Source of the DNA: an uncultured Candidatus Cenarchaeum sp.
GTDB lineage: Archaea > Thermoproteota > Nitrososphaeria > Nitrososphaerales > Nitrosopumilaceae
Direction: 5' to 3'
Assembly (NCBI GenBank): GCA_958295735.1
Contig: OY282369.1
Coordinates: 2,114,983-2,146,982, forward strand
DNA length: 32,000 nt
Shown here one piece after another: positions 6,969 through 15,153 of this stretch (position 1 is the stretch's first letter; every line of letters begins with the position of its first letter). The notes under the pieces were generated by a model that saw nothing but the letters and a program-made list of their open reading frames with translations, was not told the DNA's origin and searched no databases. Made by a program: the position numbers and the translations under genes.

Positions 6969-8818
6969 TCAGGCGGCTACCGCCGCCGGGGCCCTCGGCG
7001 GCCAGGTGGCGGGATGCGCGAACATGTCCCATTCCGGGTCGGCGCGGAGGGCCTTCAGCGCGGTCGACGGCCAGATTCCCAGGCGCCCGCGCGTCTGGAA
7101 CACGGTGCACGTTATGGAGAGGCGGCGCATGCCGGCCGCGCTCCTCAGCTGGCGGCGCGACCTCTTTTCCCTGGCCGGCCCCTCGTGTATCGCCTGCTCG
7201 ACGCGGTTGTTGTGGCAGGGCATGCCGGGATGCCTCGGGAACGTGAACATGTGGGGCAGCGCGTTGACGAGGGCGGTGCGCATCGCGTGCCCCCCGCCGT
7301 ACCCTCCCGCGATCTCCAGCACCTGCCTCTCCAGCTCCCGGATGGCGGCCTCGTCCGCCGTGTCGATGCGGGAGATCCTCCGGTACATGGAGCGGAGCCG
7401 CAGGTACAGCAGCAGGTACAGCTCCCGGTTCTCCGCATCCATGGCGCGGATCGCGAAGCTCTCGGCGTGCCGCAGCAGGCGGGTGAGGCAGATCTGCCTC
7501 ACGTCTATCCCGTTGTACCCCGAGTACCAGTCGGTCACCATCGGCTTGCCCTTCACCTCGGGAAAGTACAGGTCCAGCACGGCCGCCGCCCTGCTGCCCA
7601 GGAACCCCACGCGCACCGCATCCCCGCAGCAGACCAGCCACGCGTACCCGCGCTTCCCGCACATTTTGAAGGGGGTCTCGTCGGCCTGTCCGCACCCGTC
7701 GCTGTCCCGGATGTGATCCGCGACGCGCCGGTCTCCTGGCTCCAGCAGGTTGGCGGCGGCCTCGTGGGCGTTGTTGGCGGTGGTCTGCGCGATCCCGCAC
7801 CCGTGCTGCTCCTCCACGAGCTCGGCGACGGCCGCGTACGGCACGGCTTTCGCGATGCAGGCGACCGCGGACCCGAGCAGCCCGGCTCCCATGTGCGTGC
7901 CCGGAATCGACTCCGACTTTGCCATGCTGATCCTGTAGCACCTCGCGCACCAGGCCCGCTCGGCCGAGATGCAGGAGACCCTGATCTTCCCGGCGCCGTC
8001 CTTCTCGACGAGGTTCTTGTTGCAGGGCCGCTCCGTCAGATGCTCGGCCAACCCGCAGTACTCGCACGCGGAAAGGCGGGCGTAGCGCGTCTCCTCCGAC
8101 TTGCGCGAGTGCGACACCCCCTTGTGCCCGATGGGAGGACCCATCTTCTTTCCCGGCTTGCGATCGCTGTCGTACGTGCCGTTCTCCCTGCGGAACTTGG
8201 CCCTGTCGGCGCTGTGCCTTTCCGCATCGGGCTTGTTGTAGCCGTCGCACGAGTTGATCCGCTTCTCGGCCTTTTTCAGCTTCGCGGCCAGCTCGCCGCA
8301 CCCCGCGCAGGCGGCGCCCTTCTCCGCTCGGCCGGCTTGGCGGCCGGGGCGGCCGGGGCGGCCGGCTTGGGGGCGGCCGGCTTGGGGGCGGCCGGCTTGG
8401 GGGCGGCCGGCTTGGGGGCGGCCGGGGCGGCCGGCGTGATGAGTCCGCTGCCGCGCCTGTGGGCGGCCGGGGCGGCCGGCTTGGGGGCAGCGCTCCTCTC
8501 CGCCACGGCCGCATCACGGCCGCCGCTTCCGCCTCGCGCGGCCGCCGCCGCGTTCTCCGCCTTGTTGCCCAGCGCCGCCGCCAACTCGTCCTTGAGGCGA
8601 TCGTTTTCGCCCTGCAGCCTGTCAAGTTCCAGCCTGTTCTCGGCGCAACCGGCGTGCTGCGCCTCCACGGCCTAGAGGCGGTCGATTTCGCTACGCGTTT
8701 CGGCCGACTCCCGCCGCTTGTCCTCTACGTATTCCGCGTGTTTTGCATCCAGGGCCGTCATGCGGCGGGTCACCGCCACCAGCTCCCTCCGCACCAGCAC
8801 CGTTTCAGAGTCGGGCAT
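6969..8818 (-). pseudogene. IS66-family transposase gene, disrupted by an in-frame TAG and a frameshift
   Basis: The body (6969..8144 plus an upstream extension of the same frame) has IS66-type motifs: GPPIGHKG, CxxC pairs, DETPF, TDWYSGYN, RQICLTRLLRH, HNNRVEQAI. It parallels the intact copy at 29422..31152. The coiled-coil N-terminus (MPDSETVLVRRELVAV.., ATG 8818) aligns to MAESGVALLRKELAAA of the intact copy. That N-terminus hits TAG at ~8672-8674 and lies in a different frame from the body; the frame switch falls around 8290-8330. Confidence 0.7.
8356..8415. repeat. 15-bp tandem repeat x4 (GGGCGGCCGGCTTGG) flanked by degenerate 9/15-bp variants
   Basis: Read directly from the sequence. 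It encodes (PKPAA)n in the N-terminal frame of the decayed transposase. Confidence 0.8.
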
Positions 8819-9044
8819 GTCTAGTGTTACGCGCGTGCGGGCCTCAAGCGCGCGTACTGACAACTGGCGACAAGATGGCGAAACAATGTTGACCCGCAGC
8901 GCGCCCCGCGGCCCTCCGGCAGGACGGGATGCCCGCCTTCCGGCAGCCCCGCTCCTGCCGGCGCACTGCTCGCTTGCGTGGCGGCCCCCCATCAGGCGTG
9001 GCTGGCAAGTGGACGCGAGTCCCCGCCCGCCGCGTTTCGCATGC

Positions 9045-9052
9045 CTTATATT
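9045..9052 (+). promoter_or_regulatory. TATA box (CTTATATT) of rps3ae
   Basis: A/T island 23 nt upstream of TTG 9076. Confidence 0.55.
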
Positions 9053-9075
9053 CGCGCCCGCGCCCGCCGTGCCGG

Positions 9076-9687
9076 TTGGCGAGGCGGAAGACCCGCGTCA
9101 AGGACAAGTGGCGCGAGAAGAAGTGGGTTACCGTGCACGCCCCCGACTCGTTCAACGGCGTCCCCGTGGCCGAGGTGCCCATAACCGACGGCAAGCACGC
9201 CCCCGGCCGCGTGCTGGAGGTGACCCTGTTCGACATACTGAAGGGCGACCCGTCGCAGCACCAGTACAAGATCTACTTCCAGATAGACAAGGTGGACGGG
9301 GACAAGGCCACCAGCATATTCAAGAGGTACGAGTACGCCAAGGAGTTCCTGCGCAGCTTGGTGCGGCGCGGCGCCTCGAAGGTAAACTTCATCATGGATG
9401 CGAAGACCAAGGACGGCTACGTGTTCCGCCTCAAGGTCATAGCGCTCACCCACAGGCAGCTGAACACCTCCCGCAAGCACGCCCTGAGGCTGATAGCCCG
9501 GGACGTCATCGAAAAGTCGGTCCCCGAGATGACCATAGACCAGTTCGTCCAGGCCACGTGCTACGGCAAGATCAACTCGGACATAATGGCGGCGGCCAAG
9601 AGGCTCATCCGCATAAAGCACGTGGGCCTCGAGAAGGTAAAGCTCGTGAGGACGGCCGAGGAGCAGATCTCCCTGCTCCGGGCGTGA
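9076..9687 (+). CDS. rps3ae: 30S ribosomal protein S3Ae (eS1)
   Basis: MARRKTRVKDKWREKKWVTVHAPDSFNG... is the typical S3Ae N-terminus and body. The TTG start is supported by the TATA box at -23. The upstream part of track ORF 8929..9687 is low-complexity read-through. Confidence 0.85.
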   Translation: MARRKTRVKDKWREKKWVTVHAPDSFNGVPVAEVPITDGKHAPGRVLEVTLFDILKGDPSQHQYKIYFQIDKVDGDKATSIFKRYEYAKEFLRSLVRRGASKVNFIMDAKTKDGYVFRLKVIALTHRQLNTSRKHALRLIARDVIEKSVPEMTIDQFVQATCYGKINSDIMAAAKRLIRIKHVGLEKVKLVRTAEEQISLLRA

Positions 9688-9743
9688 GGCGGGATGCCCC
9701 GCCGCGCCCCCCCGCCCCCGAGCGGCGGCTAGCCGGCGGCGCC

Positions 9744-10169
9744 ATGCACGGCGGGATCCGCGCCAGCGTGTCCGTCATAATGCACGCCACCGAGGATGCG
9801 GGCAGGTTCCTCGGGGCGCTGGAGGGCGTGCTGGGGATACGGAGGGAGGAGTTCGCCGCGCGCGAGCTCGAGGGGCACCACGGCAACCCCATAACGCTGC
9901 TCGAGGCCGAGCTGGCCGGCGACGATGCGTCGCGGCTGGCCGGGAGGATCGCCGCCGCGATGCCCGCGGCCGAGCTCGACGGGGTGGTGGCCGACCTGCA
10001 CCTGACGGTCTCGGGCTCCGGCCTGCACCTGCGGTTCGGCAAGCAGGATCTCGCGGGGGGCCGCCTGGCCGTCGCGTACGGCGACGCCGTCAAGGTGAGG
10101 ATACGCGCCCCCTCCGGCGGGGCGGCCCCCGCGTACGCGGCCCTGCTGGGCCGCCCGTCCAACCGTTAA
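9744..10169 (+). CDS. DUF54 / COG1325-type RNA-binding protein (predicted exosome-associated)
   Basis: 142 aa. VSVIMHATEDAGRF.., ..GHHGNPITLLEAEL.., ..LHLRFGKQDLAGGRL..GDAVKVRIR match my memory of the DUF54 pattern (hTED, GxxGNxI, RxdKQ). ATG at 9744 lies inside the long artefact ORF 8718..10169. Confidence 0.55.
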   Translation: MHGGIRASVSVIMHATEDAGRFLGALEGVLGIRREEFAARELEGHHGNPITLLEAELAGDDASRLAGRIAAAMPAAELDGVVADLHLTVSGSGLHLRFGKQDLAGGRLAVAYGDAVKVRIRAPSGGAAPAYAALLGRPSNR

Positions 10170-10358
10170 ATAGCGCCCGCTCCCGCGCGGGGCGGGAATG
10201 AGGAGACCGGCCTGTACAGTCCGAGCCGGGGGGCGATGACGACCCCGCGACGAGCCGACCCGAAACAACCACGCGCGCGCGGGCCCGCGCCCGCCGCGAT
10301 CCCGGCGCGGGATCCGGGGGCGGCCCGCCGCCGGCGGGCGCGAGGCAAGTCGTTATAA

Positions 10359-11840
10359 ATGCGGGGGGGCGGCGCATACCGCGTGGCGGACTACGACGTT
10401 ATAGTGGCCGGCGGGGGCTTGGCGGGGACGGTGGTGGCCCAGTCCGTGGCCCGGCACTCCGGCCAGTCGCTCCGCGTGCTCGTCGTCGACCGCAGCCCGC
10501 GGCACATGCCGGGCAGCAAGAACGTCGCCGGCTGGATCTGCGGCGACGCGGTGAGCCGCGAGGCCGTCGACTACATGTCGGAGAAGACGGGGGTGCGCTG
10601 GGGCAGCCCGGAGATAGAGCACACCGTCAAGGGCGTGATGGCCTTCTCCCCGGACAGGCAGACGTCCATACCGTTCGACGGGGACGGCTACATGCTGAAC
10701 CGCCAGCTCCTCCCGGAGAGGCAGAACGAGCGCTGCGCCGGGATGGGGATAGAGTTCCGGTTCGGGGTGAGCCTGACCGACCTGCTGCACGAGGGCGGGG
10801 CGGTGGCCGGGGTGGCCGGCGCCGACACGGCCACGCGGGAGCCGTTCAGGGCCACGGCGCGCATAGTCGTGGACGCGACGGGGATGACCTCGATGCTGCG
10901 CGGCCGCCTGCGCTGCACCGACAAGATCGAGAGGAGGATAGACCGCCGGGACGTCGAGTCCACGGGGCGCCACATAATGTACTTCGAGCAGGGCGAGGAG
11001 GACGCGTCGGAGTTCGACCCGGACTATTGCATAATACACCTGGACCAGGACGCGGCGCCCGGCGGCTACGGCTGGGTCTTCCCGAAGGGCCGCAACAAGG
11101 TCAACATCGGGCTGGGGGTCGAGAAGACGCTGCTCGGGGCGCGCAACCGGCGCATGGGCAGGAGCGACGGGGTGTCCGACCTCATAAGCGAGTACGTCGC
11201 CCGCAACCGGGCGGTGAGGAACCCCCGCCTCTCCGCGGACCCCGGGGACAGCAGCAACGCCACGGGGAACTTCCAGGTGTCCGTGCGGCGGCAGAACGAC
11301 TGCCTGGTGGCCGGGGGGTACATGCTGGTGGGCGACTCGGCCTGGATGCCCAAGCCGCTGGACGCGGGGGGGATAGGGCCCGCGCTGGTGGCCGGCGCCA
11401 TCGCGGGCCGCTGCGCGGCCAGGGCGCTCGAGGCCGGGGACGCGAGCGAGGCGGGGCTGTGGGCGTACAACCGCGAGTTCGTGAACGAGTACGGCTACAA
11501 GACGGCGGGGCTGGAGCTGTTCAGGAGGCTCATACAGTCCCTCACCAACGAGCAGATCAACTACGGCATGAGGCACTTCCTCGGCAACCTCGACGTGGAG
11601 TCCATATCCAAGGGGGAGCACCCTGACTTTGGGGCGCTGGGCAGGCTGGGCATGATAATACGCGGGGCCCTCAACAAGAAGCTGGCCGAGGGCCTCCGGT
11701 TCACCACGAGGCAGAACAGGTGGCTCACCTCCCACTACTACGCCTACCCCGAGTCGCCGGAGGGGTTCGCGGAATGGCGCGCAAAGCTGCACGGGGTCCT
11801 GGACGAGTCGAACGAGCGGCTGGCCGCGTTCATGAACTGA
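10359..11840 (+). CDS. FAD-dependent geranylgeranyl reductase family protein (archaeal lipid saturation)
   Basis: YDVIVAGGGLAGTVVA dinucleotide-binding motif, plus GGYGWVFPKG and GDSA motifs of the GGR family. TTATAAA at 10353-10359 suggests the real start is GTG 10383 (23 nt downstream, in frame). Confidence 0.85.
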   Translation: MRGGGAYRVADYDVIVAGGGLAGTVVAQSVARHSGQSLRVLVVDRSPRHMPGSKNVAGWICGDAVSREAVDYMSEKTGVRWGSPEIEHTVKGVMAFSPDRQTSIPFDGDGYMLNRQLLPERQNERCAGMGIEFRFGVSLTDLLHEGGAVAGVAGADTATREPFRATARIVVDATGMTSMLRGRLRCTDKIERRIDRRDVESTGRHIMYFEQGEEDASEFDPDYCIIHLDQDAAPGGYGWVFPKGRNKVNIGLGVEKTLLGARNRRMGRSDGVSDLISEYVARNRAVRNPRLSADPGDSSNATGNFQVSVRRQNDCLVAGGYMLVGDSAWMPKPLDAGGIGPALVAGAIAGRCAARALEAGDASEAGLWAYNREFVNEYGYKTAGLELFRRLIQSLTNEQINYGMRHFLGNLDVESISKGEHPDFGALGRLGMIIRGALNKKLAEGLRFTTRQNRWLTSHYYAYPESPEGFAEWRAKLHGVLDESNERLAAFMN

Positions 11841-11945
11841 GCGCGGGCCGCGGGGCCCCTCGGATCCGCCCGGGGCGCCCCCCGCCTTCCCGCGCCCCCC
11901 CTCCCGCCTTCCCGCGGCGCCCCCCCGCCGCGGGAGCGGCGGCGC

Positions 11946-13460
11946 CTACGGCCTGGGCGCGCCGATGCTCGCCCTGATCTCGATCGCGCTGCCTTCCGTG
12001 GTCGACTCGTAGGCGTAGCGCGGAAAGCCGCTGTCCGGCACCTCCTGGGAGAACGTCCTGACGACGGTGCTGTTGCGCACCGCCTCCGAGAGCCTCTCGC
12101 CCCTCTGGAAGTCCAGGACGAAGTGCGGATCGACCACCAAATACGCGTGGTCGGTGCCCCGCTCGCGGAACAGGACGTCCCCGTAGTCCGGGAGCACGTT
12201 GTCCCTCCCGTGCACCGACGAGAGGACCCACGTGTACACGGGGCCGGCGACCAGCGTGGACTCTTCGTCGTCGAAGGTGTCCACGGCGTACTGCATCGCG
12301 CGGAACTGGGCGCCGGTCAGGTCCGCCGAGGCGATGCTCGTGGAGACCGCGCCGCCGTACGCGGCGAACCCCAGGGCGATCCCGGCGCACGCGAGCCCGC
12401 GCAGCCTCGCCCCCCCGATCCTGGCCAGCCCCGAGGAGATCATGTGGGCGGCCGCCACGCACATCGCCGGCAGGATCAGGATGTAGTGGAAGTACTGGAA
12501 GAACCCGACCGCGCTCACGAAGAGCAGGAACGGCGCGAGCCACAGCACCAGCAGCGCGTCCCGCCTCGCCGCCGCGTAGGCGAGCCCCGCGAACCCGAGC
12601 CCCGCCAGCACCGGATCCATGGCGAAGACCGCTCCCGTGATCGGCCAGAACTGGCCCGCGCCCCTGCCGCCCTGCCACAGCACGCCGCGGAGCCACAGGT
12701 CGATCTGCCCGAGGTGCGCCGCGACGGCGGGCCACGCCGCCGGGACCGCGACGACCGGCGGGAGCCACCAGGCCAGCCCCCTGGACCCGTGGTGCGATGC
12801 GATGATGAACGCCACGACCGGCACCATCGTGACCGCGGTGACCTTCGTGAATATGGCGAGGCCCAGCAGGACGGACGACGATGCTACCAGCAGGGAGCGG
12901 TGCCTGCTGCCGCCGGAGTGCAGCGCGAGCAGCACGGACGAGAGGAGGAACGGCATCAGTATGGAGTCCAGCAGGATCCTCCTGAACATCCACGTCAGCG
13001 GCATCGCCGCGAAGAGGACCGACGCGAGCACCGCGGTCTTCCTGCCGAACCTCTTCTCCGATATCTTGTAGATGAGGAACGTGTCCAGCACGGCGAAGAG
13101 GCCCATCAGCACGCGCGGCGCGAGGTACGAGGCCTCCAGCGACTGCTCCACGGTGCCGGGGAACCCGGCCAGTTTCACGAAGCCGGCGAGGACCAGCTGC
13201 CCGAAGTAGGGGTGATCGTAAAAGTCCGCCTCCTGCGGGTTTCCGGTCTCGGCCGTGGTCATCGCCCTGCGCATGTAGATGCCCTCGTCGAAGAACAGGT
13301 CCGGGAACCCCGCCGGGTTCCACAGGTGGACGTGGGCCGACAGGGCCAGCACCGCGACCAGGACCAGGCCGCGCGCCCTCCTGTCGGCCAGCAGGCCCCG
13401 CCCGAATCCGCGGCCGGCCGCCCCCCGCGCCGCCGGGCCGTTCAGGCTGCCGGCCTTCAC
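11946..13460 (-). CDS. GT-C fold membrane glycosyltransferase (family 39 / ArnT-PMT-like)
   Basis: Multiple hydrophobic helices, a first-loop DEGIY motif and a soluble C-terminal domain. The start is placed at GTG 13460 because everything upstream to 14090 is R/G/A/P low complexity. The start is uncertain. Confidence 0.7.
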   Translation of the reverse strand: MKAGSLNGPAARGAAGRGFGRGLLADRRARGLVLVAVLALSAHVHLWNPAGFPDLFFDEGIYMRRAMTTAETGNPQEADFYDHPYFGQLVLAGFVKLAGFPGTVEQSLEASYLAPRVLMGLFAVLDTFLIYKISEKRFGRKTAVLASVLFAAMPLTWMFRRILLDSILMPFLLSSVLLALHSGGSRHRSLLVASSSVLLGLAIFTKVTAVTMVPVVAFIIASHHGSRGLAWWLPPVVAVPAAWPAVAAHLGQIDLWLRGVLWQGGRGAGQFWPITGAVFAMDPVLAGLGFAGLAYAAARRDALLVLWLAPFLLFVSAVGFFQYFHYILILPAMCVAAAHMISSGLARIGGARLRGLACAGIALGFAAYGGAVSTSIASADLTGAQFRAMQYAVDTFDDEESTLVAGPVYTWVLSSVHGRDNVLPDYGDVLFRERGTDHAYLVVDPHFVLDFQRGERLSEAVRNSTVVRTFSQEVPDSGFPRYAYESTTEGSAIEIRASIGAPRP

Positions 13461-13790
13461 GCCGCCCCGCCGCCCGCGCGCCGGGCGCGGCGGCCCCGCG
13501 CCGGCCGCCCCCCGCGCCGGGATCCCGGCCCCGCGCCCGCGCGGCCCGGGGCGGAGCCGGCTCCCGCGATCCCCCGCGGCCAGATCTCCGGAGGCCCCGC
13601 GCGCGCGGGATCCCGCCGCGCGGGGCGATGCGCCGCCCCCCGCGCGCGGGCCGGATGCCCGCCGCAGGCCCGCCGCGGGCCGGAGTTCCGCATCGGGCCG
13701 GAACTGGCGCGCCCGCGGCCGGCCCGCCTCCGGCCCCCGGCCGGCATTCCCGCGGCTCCCTTTCGCATCCCGGACTGCGCGGCGCCGCGG

Positions 13791-13796
13791 TATATT
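13791..13796 (-). promoter_or_regulatory. Isolated TATA-like hexamer (AATATA on the minus strand) upstream of the glycosyltransferase
   Basis: It is the only A/T-rich hexamer I noticed in the hyper-GC DNA upstream of the glycosyltransferase start, 22 nt upstream of ATG 13768. That ATG opens an Arg/Gly-rich ORF ending in a GTGA overlap with the glycosyltransferase start. Confidence 0.35.
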
Positions 13797-14344
13797 GGCA
13801 TTGCATCCGCGCCCGGCGCGGGGCCGCCCCCCGCCGATCCGGGCCCGCGCCCGGCGGGGACGGCGGCCGCCCCCGCGCCCCCTGAACGCCCCGAGGGGGA
13901 CCCGGCCGCCGGCCGCGCCGAGTCGTCCCCCGGCTGCGAGAACCGCAGGGACCACGGCCGCCCGCCTCGGGGCCGCGTGCCGGGAAAAGCGCCGCCCCTG
14001 ATTCCGGCACGCCGGGCATCCGCCCGGCGCGGATCTGCCGCTGGCTTGGCGCAGGCCGCGGAAGATGTTCGTGGACGGCACGTCGGACATGTTCCGCGGC
14101 GGCTAGCCGTTCGCGTTCGCCGGAAGGTGCTTCGCCGCGTTGCCCCGCGCGGACCGGCGCGACTGCCGGATCCCGACGAAGCGCCCGGGGAGGACGGCGG
14201 AGTTTTCGGCCCTGTTCAGGGAGCACTTCGGGCGCCGGATCCCCGACTCCATCTGGGCGTGCGCGAGCGCGGAAAGCCGGATGCCGCGCGCGGCTCGCGG
14301 GCTTCGAGCCTGCCGGGATCCGCGGGCGGGACGAGCCTGAAGGG

Positions 14345-15153
14345 CGTGGACCGGGCCATGGCCGGCAGCAGGAGCGGGAGGAACTTCCGCCCCGCCAAGT
14401 GCGGATAACGGGGGCAATAGACCGGTGCGGAAGGCGGCGGGCGCCGGCGTTCTTCAGGCGGCGGGGCGGGATCGGGCAAGTCGGGTGGGCGTACCTCCCG
14501 CGGCAGGCAGCGCGGCGAGTGCCATGAACTGCGGCGGGGGGACGATCTTTCGGGCGCGCGATTCGGCGGGGCCGGGTTCGCGGGGGCGTGCCGCAGGCGC
14601 GGGGGGGGGGGAGGAAGCGCGCGCGGTCCCGGGCGGGGCGGGGCAGGCCGGTCTCCCGCCCACCGACCCGGCGGCCGCGGCAGGCGCCGGCCCGAACCGG
14701 CGGGGCGCGGCGGCTGGCGAGAGCCGGCGGGTCCCTAGCGCCCGCGGCCGGCGCGGATTGCGGGACGGGGGCGGGGGAGCGGGAGGCGCTCGCCAGGAAA
14801 AACCGGCGGCGGAGATCGGGATGGCCGCGCCGGGCCCGCCCGCGCTCCCTCGGCATGGGGGCCGGCCCGCCGACGGCTCCCCGCGCCGCTCCCCGCGCCG
14901 CTCCCCGCGCCGCTCCCCGCGCCGCTCCCCGCGCCGCTCCCCGCGCCGCTCCCCGCGCCGCTCCCCGCGCCGCTCCGCGGGCCGGGCGGGCGGCCCCGCG
15001 GCCGCTGGGTGCGCGCCGGGCCTTGCGGCGCGCGCCACGATCCGTGACGCGCGGGGCAACGGGGCCCATGCGGGCGCGCAACCCCGCGCCGGGGGGAATC
15101 GTGCGGCCTCGCACAGTCCGGCGCCTGCTTGCGGCGAGCGCCGCTGTCCACGT
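14345..15153. repeat. Hyper-GC noncoding spacer, paralog A of three
   Basis: Collinear by eye with 17220-18264 and 22145-23137. Shared blocks include GAGCGGGAGGAACTTCCGCCCCG, GGATAACGGGGGC.ATAGACCGGTGCG, GGCGCCGGCGTTCTTC and CCGCGCCGGGGGGAATCG.GCGGCCTCGCACAGTCCGGCGC. Confidence 0.85.
14876..14971. repeat. 12-bp microsatellite (GCTCCCCGCGCC) x8, present only in spacer A
   Basis: Read directly. The same position in spacers B and C holds a single copy. Confidence 0.85.

Noticed and set aside
8672-8674. The in-frame TAG in the IS66-like gene as a pyrrolysine or read-through codon
   Set aside because: There is no pyl-system context, the same gene also has a frameshift, and no intact ends were found. 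Decay is the simpler explanation.
6366-8675. 769-aa (+), 745-aa (-) and 649-aa (+, 5767..7716) ORFs across the repeat array and transposase region
   Set aside because: They are driven by the 29-bp repeat read in rotating frames and by antisense or off-frame shadows of the IS66-like gene. There is no protein-like composition outside the true transposase frame.
11830-15114. 1094-aa minus-strand ORF, plus the overlapping 761-aa, 714-aa N-terminal and 240-aa ORFs
   Set aside because: The translations are almost pure R/G/A/P low complexity and all frames on both strands are open, which is the expected artefact of ~80-95% GC DNA. The paralogous spacers differ by indels that are not multiples of 3.
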